From contig CAVUXE010000048.1 in NCBI GenBank assembly GCA_963745235.1, forward strand, positions 1 through 64,000: a stretch of 64,000 nucleotides of DNA. The letters run 5' to 3'. This DNA comes from an uncultured Spirochaetota bacterium. Lineage in GTDB: Bacteria > Spirochaetota > Spirochaetia > SZUA-6 > Fen-1364. Numbering within the stretch: position 1 is the stretch's first letter; each line of letters opens with the position of its first letter. The notes below the pieces were generated by a model. That model made no database searches. It had not been told where the DNA came from and saw only the letters and a program-made list of their open reading frames with translations. Positions 9,767 through 19,169 of this stretch are shown piece after piece. The position numbers were made by a program, and so were the translations under genes.

Positions 9767-10612
9767 GTGGCAAAAGTGGAGCAGTACGTGGACTCCCAGG
9801 TGGCCGTGATCACCCTGAACGACGGTGAGAACGGCAACCTGCTCGGTCCCGAAAGCCTGGGGGAGCTCGCCGCGGCCGTGCATCGCTCAGAGTCGGACCA
9901 GGGGGTACGGGCAGTTCTCCTTCGCTCCAACGGTCCCTCGTTCTGCCTGGGCATGGATCTCGCTCGGCTCACGGGAGCAGCCGCGCCGACGGCCGAAGAA
10001 GAGGCACGCAGAGCAATCTCCCTGTACGCTGATACACTGATGGCCATTTTCTCGTCCCCGCTGCCCTTCGTCTGTCTGGTCCGCGGCGACGTGAAGGCCG
10101 GCGGGGTCGGGCTTGCCTGCGCGTGCGACATCGTGGTGGCAACGGCGGGAGCGACATTCGAGATGGCGGAGGTCCTCTTCGGACTGATCCCTGCCAACGT
10201 CCTGCCCTACCTTCTGACGCTCCGCATGCCGCCCCAGAAAGCGCGCTACCTCGTGATGAGCTCGAAGAAAGTGGAAAGCGATGAAGCCCTTCGGCTGAAC
10301 ATGGTGGACGAGCTCGTCTCAGAGGCCGATTTGGAATCTCGAGCTCGGGAGCTCCTCAAGCGGCTCCTGCGCTCTTCACCCCGTGCACTTTCGGAGGCGA
10401 AGGCCTTCACGGAACAGCTCCTGGGGAAGTCCCCGCGTGAGGGCGGGGCGCTCGCCCGCCAGAAACTGCTGGAGATGCTTCGCGATCAATCCGTGACCGC
10501 CGGCGTCAGCGCTTTCCGGGAGGGTGGAGTGCCCGCCTGGTTTGCGCGGTTTCGGCCCTCCGCTCCGCTGGCCCCGGGCAGCGGGTCCGAACGCCAGGAG
10601 GCGCGGCGGTGA
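9767..10612 (+). CDS. Enoyl-CoA hydratase-like ECH1 (PksH-like dehydratase)
   Basis: Crotonase fold FCLGMDL, AGGVGLACACDIV, EVLFGLIPANVLPYL. Confidence 0.85.
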   Translation: MAKVEQYVDSQVAVITLNDGENGNLLGPESLGELAAAVHRSESDQGVRAVLLRSNGPSFCLGMDLARLTGAAAPTAEEEARRAISLYADTLMAIFSSPLPFVCLVRGDVKAGGVGLACACDIVVATAGATFEMAEVLFGLIPANVLPYLLTLRMPPQKARYLVMSSKKVESDEALRLNMVDELVSEADLESRARELLKRLLRSSPRALSEAKAFTEQLLGKSPREGGALARQKLLEMLRDQSVTAGVSAFREGGVPAWFARFRPSAPLAPGSGSERQEARR

Positions 10613-11358
10613 GCGGCCGCATGAAAGTGCGCCATGAGCCTTCCGGAATCACAGTGCTCAAGATGGACGACCCGGAGGGCCGCAACGTCTTTTCCCACGG
10701 GTTTGTGGAGGAGTTTCTTTCCGCCCTCGGGAAGGTGGAGGAAGAAAACCGGACGAAAGTCCTGATTGTCCAGGGCAGGGAGGATGTTTTCTGCGGTGGC
10801 GCGGAGAAGCAGGCACTGCTGGACCTGTGCGACGGCAAAGCGGCCGTGATCGACCTTGTCATCAGCGAGCGTCTCCTGGAAGCTCCCTTCCCCGTGATAG
10901 CCGCCATGGAAGGGCACGGGATCGGAGGCGGGCTGGCGATGGCCTTGTGCTGCGACGTGGTCATTGCCGCGCGTGAGAGCCGTTACGGCGCGGTGTTCAT
11001 GAACATGGGCTTCACGCCCGGCATGGGCTGCACCACGCTGCTTGCAGAGCTGGTGGGGCCGTTCCTCGCCAGCGAGATGCTGTTCAGCGGCAAGAGATTT
11101 CGCGGCAGCGAGCTTGCCGGCCGGGCAACGAACATCAACTACATCCTGCCGCGCGGAGAAGTGCTGGCAAAGGCGAGGGACATCGCGGAGCAGATTGCGG
11201 AGAAGGACATCAGGTCCCTCTTCCTGCTGAAGCAGGCCTTGAGCGCAAAGAAGAAGAAGCTCCTGGTGGAAGCGCGCCTGCAGGAAGACCTCATGCACCG
11301 AATCAGCTTTGCGTTTCCCGAGACGCGGCGGACGATAGAAGAGCAGTATCCCGAGTAG
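10609..11358 (+). CDS. Enoyl-CoA hydratase-like ECH2 (PksI-like decarboxylase)
   Basis: PVIAAMEGHGIGGG, FMNMGFTPGMG, C-terminal MHRISF like PksI/CurF ECH2. Confidence 0.85.
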   Translation: MSGRMKVRHEPSGITVLKMDDPEGRNVFSHGFVEEFLSALGKVEEENRTKVLIVQGREDVFCGGAEKQALLDLCDGKAAVIDLVISERLLEAPFPVIAAMEGHGIGGGLAMALCCDVVIAARESRYGAVFMNMGFTPGMGCTTLLAELVGPFLASEMLFSGKRFRGSELAGRATNINYILPRGEVLAKARDIAEQIAEKDIRSLFLLKQALSAKKKKLLVEARLQEDLMHRISFAFPETRRTIEEQYPE

Positions 11359-11375
11359 GAAGGAGACATCCCGTC

Positions 11376-12215
11376 ATGGTCGGCGTGGATTTGCGGGGAA
11401 AGACCGCCCTCATCACCGGAGGCACCAAGGGGATTGGCCTGGCGTCCGCCCTGGCGCTTGCCCGCGCGGGGGCCCAGACTCTTCTGACCTATAAGTGGGG
11501 AAGCGCTGCAGGGGGCGCCCAGGGAAGCGCCGGCTTTGATGACGTGGCCGAGCTTTTCACCCAGGCCGGCGCGCTGCGCCCCGGTTTCTTCCAGGCGGAC
11601 GCGTCCCAGGAGGAAGACACGGAAAGGTTGATGGCAGAGCTTGCCGCCTCAACCGGGAAGATCGACATCTTCATCAGCAACGTGAGCTTCGCTCTTCGCA
11701 CGCAGACCCTGGATGACTACAAGAAGAGATCCCTGTTCAAGACCCTGGAATACAGCACGTGGCCCCTGGTGGACTACACGCGCCGCATCAAGGCCCGGTT
11801 CGGGAGCTATCCCCGGTATGTCCTGGGAATATCGAGTGACGGCCCGGATCACTATTACCGGGGATACGATTTCGTCGCCGCCTCCAAGGCGCTGCTGGAG
11901 TTCTTTTCCCGCTACCTGGCCGCGCACCTCTTCGAGGAGGGCTCTCGGGTCAACGTCCTGCGCTTCGGCACGGTGAATACCGAATCTTTTCGCGCGATAT
12001 TCGGGGAGCGGTTTTTCTCCTACATGAGGGAGAACGGTGTGCCCGAAGAGTCTCTGCTCACGCCGGAGGCCTGCGGCAACGCCGTGCTGGCCATGTGCAG
12101 CGGGCTCCTGGATGCCGTCAACGGCCAGATCATCAGCGTTGACTACGGGCTCCCCTTCAAGGATAATTCGATGATGAGATATTTATCGCAGGAAGGCGAA
12201 AGGAGCGTGCAATGA
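11376..12215 (+). CDS. Enoyl-ACP reductase-like SDR (FabI/FabL type)
   Basis: TGGTKGIG and Yx6K motif (YDFVAASK). Confidence 0.75.
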   Translation: MVGVDLRGKTALITGGTKGIGLASALALARAGAQTLLTYKWGSAAGGAQGSAGFDDVAELFTQAGALRPGFFQADASQEEDTERLMAELAASTGKIDIFISNVSFALRTQTLDDYKKRSLFKTLEYSTWPLVDYTRRIKARFGSYPRYVLGISSDGPDHYYRGYDFVAASKALLEFFSRYLAAHLFEEGSRVNVLRFGTVNTESFRAIFGERFFSYMRENGVPEESLLTPEACGNAVLAMCSGLLDAVNGQIISVDYGLPFKDNSMMRYLSQEGERSVQ

Positions 12216-12466
12216 CCAGGGAGCAGATCATGGACGTGATCAAGAAGAACATCGCCGCGAACATCGATGACATCGACGGCGCGACGATAGATCCGAAGAA
12301 GTCCATGAAGGATTACGGGGCAAACAGTCTGGACATGATCGAAGTGGTCTCCACCACAATGCGGGAGCTGAAGATCAAGGTGCCTCGCTCCGAGCTTACC
12401 GATATCAACAATATCGAGCAGCTCGCGGACAAGTTCATGGAATACGCGAACAAAGAAAATGGCTGA
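12212..12466 (+). CDS. Acyl carrier protein, AcpK-like donor ACP
   Basis: 84 aa with GANSLD phosphopantetheine site (GANS is typical of beta-branching donor ACPs). Confidence 0.85.
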   Translation: MTREQIMDVIKKNIAANIDDIDGATIDPKKSMKDYGANSLDMIEVVSTTMRELKIKVPRSELTDINNIEQLADKFMEYANKENG

Positions 12467-13717
12467 CAAGGCACTCAGTTTCAGTCTGGCGGATTTCTTC
12501 TTCAATGACAGCCCTGACGTCCTGACGCCACCCAGCGACTACCTCGCCTGGATCGAGCACCCGAAGATCCAGGCGGCCATGCACTTCTTCGGACAGCAGT
12601 TCCTGACGGCCCCGCGGGCGGAGGCCGAGGTCCTGAACGTTTCCGAGGGAGCACCGCGCAAGGTCATCAACATGACCTCGTACAATTACCTTGGCTTGTC
12701 CTCACACCCCGAGGTAATCCAGGCAGCCAAGGATGCGCTGGACCGCTATGGCCTGGGGGCCTCGGGCGCGCCGCTGCTCTCCGGCACCTTCGACCTGCAC
12801 GTGGAGTTCGCGCGCAGGCTCGCGGAGTTCAAGCAGAAGGAGGACTGCCTGCTGTACTCCAGCGGACTGGGGGGAACGTTGGCGCCATGCAGGGCCTCCT
12901 GCGAAAGGGAGATGTCCTGATCCTCGATGAGCGGTGCCACAAGAGCCTGATAGACGGCGGCACCCTCAGCGGGGCAAAGATGCTGTTCTTTTCGCACAAC
13001 GATCCCTCATCGCTGGAAGCCATGCTGGAAAAGAGCAAAGGCAAGCGCGTCCTGGTCGGCATGGAGGGGGTCTACTCCATGGACGGGGACCTCGCCCGCC
13101 TGCCGGAGATCGTGGAGCTGGCTGAGCACTACAAGGCGGCCACCTACCTCGACGAGGCGCACTCCACCCTGATGTTCGGCAAGAACGGACGGGGCGTTGC
13201 GGAGCACTTCGGGGTAGAAGAGCGGATCGGCGTGAGCTTCGGGACGTTCAGCAAGTCCTTCGGCGGCGTGGGAGGGTTCGTCTGCTCGAATGCAGCCATC
13301 ATCAACTACCTGAAGGGCTACTCGTCTCCCTGGAACTTCTCCTGCTCCCCGTCGCCCCCCGTGGTGGCGGGCCTCATGAAAGCCCTGGAGATCGCCACAC
13401 GCGACTCCAGTCTCCGGGACAAGCTCTGGGCCAACACGGCCTATCTCAGGAAGGGGCTGCTGGATCTGAAGCTCAACCTCGGACAGAGCGAATCCCAGGT
13501 CATTCCGATCATCATTGGGGCCTCCGGGGAGAAGCTCATGCATTTCGCCGCTGAGATCCAGAAGAGAGGCTTGTTCCTTCAGCCCGTTGACTTTCCGGCG
13601 GTTCCGGCGGATTCGCGGCGGTTTCGAATCTCCGTGTCGTCGCAGTTCACCAAGGACCTGATGGACCGGGCCCTGACGATCATCGAAGACGTGATCGCCA
13701 AGGGACTACGGGGATAG
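12459..13717 (+). CDS. PLP-dependent alpha-oxoamine synthase, serine palmitoyltransferase-like (frameshift in G-run near 12870)
   Basis: SYNYLGL, HKSLIDG, GVYSMDGD, DEAHS, GTFSKSFG; adding one G at 12869-12874 joins ORFs 12459-12920 and 12887-13717. Confidence 0.85.
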
Positions 13718-13756
13718 AGTCGTGCGCCTGCGCCGAAAGAATATTCCCGTCCATCC

Positions 13757-14285
13757 ATGTCTATGGACTACCAGGAGCTGCTGAAGCGCAACCGGAAAAA
13801 GCCGCTGGAAGCGTCCGGCGGCTTCACGCCTCTTGCGTGGGGCAGGCGGGAGATCCAGTTGATCCTGCCCCACCGGGAGCCCTTCCTCCTTGTTGACCGG
13901 CTCACCGGGGTCAACGTCGAGGCGGAATCCCTCCGCGGTCTTCGTTCTCTTTCCGCTGAGGACCCGGTCTTCGAAGGCCATTTCCCCGATTTTCCCGTCT
14001 ATCCGGGATGCCTCGAGGTGGAGATGATCGGCCAGCTCGGACTCTGCCTCAGCTACTTCCTGGAGAAGCGCACCACCGAACCGCCGTCGGAGATCGTCCC
14101 GCTGCGCGTGCGCGCCACGAGGATCCTTGGCGCATTGTACCTGGAGCCGGTGCTGCCCGGGCAAAACCGTGACCCTGCTGGCCCGGAAGCTGGACAACGA
14201 CGACTACTTCGCCAGCGTCATGGGACAGGTCATTGTAGATGACAAGGTTGCGTGCGTGGCCATCTGCGAGGTCTGCTTCCTCTGA
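13757..14285 (+). CDS. fabZ: 3-hydroxyacyl-ACP dehydratase, FabZ family (frameshift near 14160)
   Basis: LPHREPFLLVDR and FEGHFPDFPVYPG motifs; corrected frame ends ...VACVAICEVCFL-stop at 14285. Confidence 0.82.
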
Positions 14286-14327
14286 GGGCTCTCGCCCTCT
14301 CCGGCACGGCCCCCGACCTATGCCCCG

Positions 14328-15581
14328 CTAGCCGTCGAATCTCGAAAGCGCGATGGCGGCGTTCTCACCGCCGAAACCGAATCCGTTTGAGAGGACGTGG
14401 TTCACCCGGGCATCCCGCGGTTGATTGCGGACCACGTTCAGCGTGATCCGGGGGTCCTGCTCGAACTGATTGATGGTGGGATGGATGACGCCCTGCTGGA
14501 TAGCCTGGATGGCGGCAATTGCCTCCACGGCGCTTGCCGCACCCAGGGGATGCCCCGTCATGGATTTTGTGCTGTGCGCCGGAACGCCGTTGGCGCGGTC
14601 CTTGAACACCGAGGTGATGGCCTTGCTCTCCGCGAGGTCTCCCAGCGGCGTCGATGCGGCATGACAGTTGATCAGGTCGATCTGGTCCACGGTGAGCTTC
14701 GCTGCCTCCAGCGCTCCCTTCATGGCCTGCGCTGATCCACGGGATTCCGGATGCGGCGCCACCAGGTCATGAGCGTCGCTGGAAAAGCCGTACCCGGAGA
14801 GCTCCGCGTATATCCTGGCTCCCCGCTTGCGAGCGTGCTCCAGTTCCTCCAGGCACAGGACTCCGGCCCCTTCGCTCAGGACGAATCCGTCCCTGTCCTT
14901 GTCGAAGGGCCGAGAGGCGGTTTCCGGCGAGTTGTTGCGTTCCGAAAGCGCCATGATGTTCCCAAAGGCGGCAATGCCGCTGGGGAAGATGGGGGCCTCG
15001 GCGCCGCCGGTGAAGATGGCATCCGCCATTCCCATCTTGATGAGGGAAGCCGCAACGCCCAAGGCGTGGTTGCCCGTTGCGCAAGCGGAGTTCACTGAGA
15101 AACAGGGCCCCTGGAGGTTCCATTCCATCGCAAAGTAGCCGGAGGCAGTGCTGGGAATGCACATGACGAAGAAGGGCGATGATGACTGCATTCCGTCCTG
15201 GAGCATCTTGCGCGTGTTGTTGTACCGCGTTCCGATTCCCCCGTCACCGGTGCCGATGATCACGCCGTAGCGCTGCGGGGCTTTTTCCACGTCGAGCCCT
15301 GAATCCCGGATGGCCTGCGTTGCCGCGATCTGGGAAAGCACGACATAACGATCCAGCCTTTTGGCCATCTTGGTGTTTTTGAAGTACGTCCCGAGCTCCG
15401 GCAGATCTATTTCCCCGGCAATCTGCACTGAATAGCCGTCAATGGGGAACGCCTGCAGGCGGCGGACGCCTGACTTGCCGAGTATCAGATTATCCCAGAA
15501 CTCTCTGACGGTTGCGCCAATAGGGTTGATTGTTCCAAGTCCGGTGATGACGACTCGTACCTCTCGAGGATCCTTAGTCAT
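14328..15581 (-). CDS. fabF: Beta-ketoacyl-ACP synthase II
   Basis: NSACATG, NCHAASTPLGD, TKSMTGH, SRPFDKDRDGF, NGFGFGG. Confidence 0.9.
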   Translation of the reverse strand: MTKDPREVRVVITGLGTINPIGATVREFWDNLILGKSGVRRLQAFPIDGYSVQIAGEIDLPELGTYFKNTKMAKRLDRYVVLSQIAATQAIRDSGLDVEKAPQRYGVIIGTGDGGIGTRYNNTRKMLQDGMQSSSPFFVMCIPSTASGYFAMEWNLQGPCFSVNSACATGNHALGVAASLIKMGMADAIFTGGAEAPIFPSGIAAFGNIMALSERNNSPETASRPFDKDRDGFVLSEGAGVLCLEELEHARKRGARIYAELSGYGFSSDAHDLVAPHPESRGSAQAMKGALEAAKLTVDQIDLINCHAASTPLGDLAESKAITSVFKDRANGVPAHSTKSMTGHPLGAASAVEAIAAIQAIQQGVIHPTINQFEQDPRITLNVVRNQPRDARVNHVLSNGFGFGGENAAIALSRFDG

Positions 15582-15685
15582 TGTAGCCAAATTATTCCCT
15601 TCTTCTCTTTGACAATATCTTCAAATTATCAACCGTCACGGGGGCTGGTTGTCAAGGCGCCTCCGGGCCACTACCATGGCAGCCT

Positions 15686-16438
15686 ATGACCTCTGCCCAG
15701 GCGGCCTGGACAACCCCCTCGGGGCGGCCTTTCCTTCATCCAGGGGACGTCCACCTCTGGCTGGTGTCAGCGGAGAGCCCCCGGAAGGGATTGGAGTGCA
15801 TCCTGTCCCCCGAGGAGCTTCAACACAGTCTTCGCATGATCCGCCCGGCGGATCAGCGCCGCTACCTGGCAGTTCGCGGGGCACTTCGAGACATCCTTGG
15901 AAGGTATCTCCGCATCCCGCCGTCGACAATCAGTATAGCATATTCCGAGGCAGGGAAGCCGTTCCTGGACAACCAGCCCGACTCGAGCCAGGCCCTCCAT
16001 TTCAACGTCTCGCATGCCGGAGGCATTGCCTTGGTTGTTGTCAGCCGCGGTCTGCAGGTGGGGATAGATATTGAGCGTGTGCGTGAAATAAGGGCGGCAA
16101 GCGACATTCTCAGGGACTTTTTCAGCCCAGCGGAGCAAGCCTGGGTTCAATCTCTGCCTGATGAAGAGAAAACCCTGGAGTTCTTTCGCCTCTGGACGCG
16201 GCGGGAAGCCGCCTCCAAGGCGGTGGGGACAGCCTTGCTCAGATCTTTTCCGCTGTTCTCCCTGCCCGCCAGGCCGCTTTGCCCTGGCGGGTTCTGCGTG
16301 GCCCTGCCAAAGTCAGCGCAGGAAACGGCTGTTCAGGAGTGGTGGATGCGGGATCTCAGCCCTGCCCCGGGGCATGCTGGGGCCCTCTGCGTTGAAAACC
16401 AGAACTCCGAACCCTCCTTCTGGCGATTCTCCTGGTAA
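15686..16438 (+). CDS. Sfp-type 4'-phosphopantetheinyl transferase
   Basis: GKP, FNVSHA, VGIDIE and FFRLWTRREA motifs. Confidence 0.9.
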   Translation: MTSAQAAWTTPSGRPFLHPGDVHLWLVSAESPRKGLECILSPEELQHSLRMIRPADQRRYLAVRGALRDILGRYLRIPPSTISIAYSEAGKPFLDNQPDSSQALHFNVSHAGGIALVVVSRGLQVGIDIERVREIRAASDILRDFFSPAEQAWVQSLPDEEKTLEFFRLWTRREAASKAVGTALLRSFPLFSLPARPLCPGGFCVALPKSAQETAVQEWWMRDLSPAPGHAGALCVENQNSEPSFWRFSW

Positions 16439-16743
16439 CACCCAGGGCGAAACGCCCCCAGTACAGCCAGGTGAAGTGTCCATCTGACGTCACTCGCGGC
16501 TTCCAGCGCCACGAGGAGTTCGAAAGGAAGTAGGCTTCGAAGTGCCGGTCACCGGGAATCCCGAGTATCATGCTTTTCCTTCTTTCCCCGGCGGCCCGGC
16601 GCGACGATCCTGCGGATCTCCCGTATTGTCTCTTCTTCTTCCTTGCTTCCAAGAAGCACCAGCTCCAGGATCATGATGACAATGGTAACGGCGGGTCTTT
16701 GCGTTTCGATTGTCGTGAGGTTAAATAATCTTAACAGGAAAGC

Positions 16744-18084
16744 TCAGCCCTCAGAAAACACGAAAAGCTCGAAGTCGAGGGAGCCGCGCCCGGAAAACGG
16801 TGCGCCTGTGGTCATCAGGGTAGCCTGCAGTGCTCTCCACCTGACCCGCCATCCCAATCCAACCGGCATGTTTTCTACCGGGACAGTGACTCGAAATCCT
16901 GTTTCCGCGGCCAGCCCGAATGAGTCGCGGCTTCCCAGCGGAACCGAGCTGGTCGCCAGGAGCGTTGAGAGCTGCTCGAAGGAGAAGAAAGGACCCACCC
17001 CCGCGTCAAGGTGAGCAAGGCCATCAGCGAAAGGCGCCCCGATCGATCCCCCTGCAGAATACTCCGCAAACATGGTGGCCGTTGCGTCGGGATGGTCGCT
17101 CGTGAACCAGCCCTGGGCAAAAGCAAGGAACCCTTCTTCGTGAACGCCATCCCTGCCGCCATGGAGCAGCGCCCCGAGGCGGACCCGCTGGGCCACGGAG
17201 GAGCCTGCTACGAGGCCGAGGTCGAGCGAGATGGGTCGGGAACCGTCAGGCGGCCGCGGGGATCCGAGCACAATGCCGAGGGATCCGTTTGTTTTCCGAC
17301 GCAGCGGAATGTCCTCGAAGGCAAGCGCAAGGAGACCGACGCGCATCTGGAACCCGAGGTACGGTCCGTTTTCAGCGGCGTCGACCGCCAGGAGAGTGGC
17401 GGGGGCGTCGCCGCCGACGACTCTCCACCCTCCGCTCATCGCAAGAAGGGCGTCTGGCCGGGAGTAGCGGAGGCCCGCAACGGCAAGGAGTGACCCTCGG
17501 GACGGAATAGATGCCCGCCCGGCCATCACGAGATAGGGGGAAAGGGAGCTCGCCGAGCTTATGGACAGCTTGAAAAAGCCCAGGGGAGCAGCCGCAAGCT
17601 CACTGCTGTAGCTCGTAGGGACAGGCCGATCCACGCCGGTTCCCGAATGAAGGCCCTCCTGGATGAGAAGGCCGCCAAGGTCCCCGGTGGCATCGATGCC
17701 GGCCCCTGCAAGGAGCTGCGCGGGCGCCGAGTCGAGCACGGAGACCGCGGCACCGAGTGAGGCTTGATCGAGCCGGTTTGCATCCGCGGCGGAATCGGTC
17801 CGATCTGTCAGACCGCTGATGGCGGAGAGCAGCCGAACAGGCCCCAGCGGGAGGCCAAGCCGCATTCCGAAGCTGTCAAGGTCGTCCCATTCATCAACCG
17901 GGCCGGGGCCGAAGGAATCGTTGGTCATGGAGACGAAGCCCGGGGCGTCCCAGCTTTCCGGCGAGGGTGACAGAAACGGATCAAGGGCGAGGGCGTACAG
18001 GTTCGCGGCGAAAAGGGTCATGGCTGCAGCGGCGGCCAGACGCAGTGGCCGTAAGGCTGCCGTGCTGCCAGCCCGCAACGTCAC
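16744..18084 (-). CDS. Hypothetical exported protein, possibly outer-membrane beta-barrel
   Basis: N-terminal signal peptide, Gly/aromatic-rich alternating strands; overlaps the stop of the upstream gene. Confidence 0.55.
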   Translation of the reverse strand: MTLRAGSTAALRPLRLAAAAAMTLFAANLYALALDPFLSPSPESWDAPGFVSMTNDSFGPGPVDEWDDLDSFGMRLGLPLGPVRLLSAISGLTDRTDSAADANRLDQASLGAAVSVLDSAPAQLLAGAGIDATGDLGGLLIQEGLHSGTGVDRPVPTSYSSELAAAPLGFFKLSISSASSLSPYLVMAGRASIPSRGSLLAVAGLRYSRPDALLAMSGGWRVVGGDAPATLLAVDAAENGPYLGFQMRVGLLALAFEDIPLRRKTNGSLGIVLGSPRPPDGSRPISLDLGLVAGSSVAQRVRLGALLHGGRDGVHEEGFLAFAQGWFTSDHPDATATMFAEYSAGGSIGAPFADGLAHLDAGVGPFFSFEQLSTLLATSSVPLGSRDSFGLAAETGFRVTVPVENMPVGLGWRVRWRALQATLMTTGAPFSGRGSLDFELFVFSEG

Positions 18085-19169
18085 CTTTCCGCGGTCCCAA
18101 CCGGGATGGCCGCCCGCGGCCCGCCGTTGCCTTTCCTTCCAAGAAGTCCGAACACGAACCCGTCGAACAGGAGGAGGAGATAGTAGGTGGCCAACCTCCA
18201 GACAAAGACCGCAATGACCGTCGAGCCAACGGCGCCCGTCAGGCCGGAGTACACCAGGGAGAAGGCGCCCTCAACGCCCCCGCTTGCACCGGGGGTGGGA
18301 ATGTAGAAAACGACCTGCCAGAGGATCACGTAGGTGATGATCACCTCGAGGAACGGGAGCGTTGTGCCGGTCACACCTTCCAGCACGAACAGCAGGGAAT
18401 AGGCGTGCAGGAGGATGTTGCACGCGCCCATGAGGATGTCCAGGACCATGGCCCATGTCTTCTCGGACCAGAGCATCCGAACGTTCTCACGCAGCCTGTG
18501 AGACCACTTATGCAGGCTCGGCGCCCAGTTGTGCCTCCCGCTGATTCGGCCAATGAGGCGCCCCAGGAAAGTCCGCTCCAGGACAATTGCGAGGCGGCCG
18601 ACGACGTGCGGCCGGATGAGGAGGACCAGCAGAAGCACGGTCATGCACAGCGAGATGCCCAGCGCTACGTACATGAGCCTTGCCCCCATGCGCAGGGAGG
18701 AGGCAACCCACGATATCTGCGTGAGGAACAGAAGCGAGATGAGGAGCGACGTCATGGCTTGTTCCACGAACCGGGACATGATGATGTTGGTCGACGTCTC
18801 TGCCGGAACGCCCACCACGCTCAGGTGGTAGATCTGGAAGGGCTGACCGCCGGCCGTCATGGGCGTGATGTTCGTGAAAAAACTGCCCACGGCGCTGTTG
18901 TAGAAGGCCTGCACGAACGTGATGCGGATTCGGAACTGCGCCAGGACGAGCTTCAACCGCAGCGAATCCACCACCTGGGAAGCCATGAAGAGGAGAAGCG
19001 GGACGACGAAGTAGATCAGCCTCACCTTGCGGATGGAATCAATGATCTGGGTCCGGTCCATCAGGAGGGAGAGGATGGTATTGACGCCCAGACCCAGGAT
19101 GACGGCAAGGAGAACGAACCGCAGGATTCGGCGGAGGCTTGACTTGTCCCGGAAATCGAAACCGAGCAT
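18081..19169 (-). CDS. Lysylphosphatidylglycerol synthase TM / flippase-like membrane protein (UPF0104)
   Basis: FTNITPMTAGGQP, PTPGASGGVEG, VWRLATYY; ATG at 19169 overlaps the upstream TAA. Confidence 0.85.
   Translation of the reverse strand: MLGFDFRDKSSLRRILRFVLLAVILGLGVNTILSLLMDRTQIIDSIRKVRLIYFVVPLLLFMASQVVDSLRLKLVLAQFRIRITFVQAFYNSAVGSFFTNITPMTAGGQPFQIYHLSVVGVPAETSTNIIMSRFVEQAMTSLLISLLFLTQISWVASSLRMGARLMYVALGISLCMTVLLLVLLIRPHVVGRLAIVLERTFLGRLIGRISGRHNWAPSLHKWSHRLRENVRMLWSEKTWAMVLDILMGACNILLHAYSLLFVLEGVTGTTLPFLEVIITYVILWQVVFYIPTPGASGGVEGAFSLVYSGLTGAVGSTVIAVFVWRLATYYLLLLFDGFVFGLLGRKGNGGPRAAIPVGTAER

Noticed and set aside
12459-13717. BioF of a biotin operon, or two separate genes
   Set aside because: No bioA/B/D genes are in the window, and one added base in a G-run restores a single full-length enzyme.
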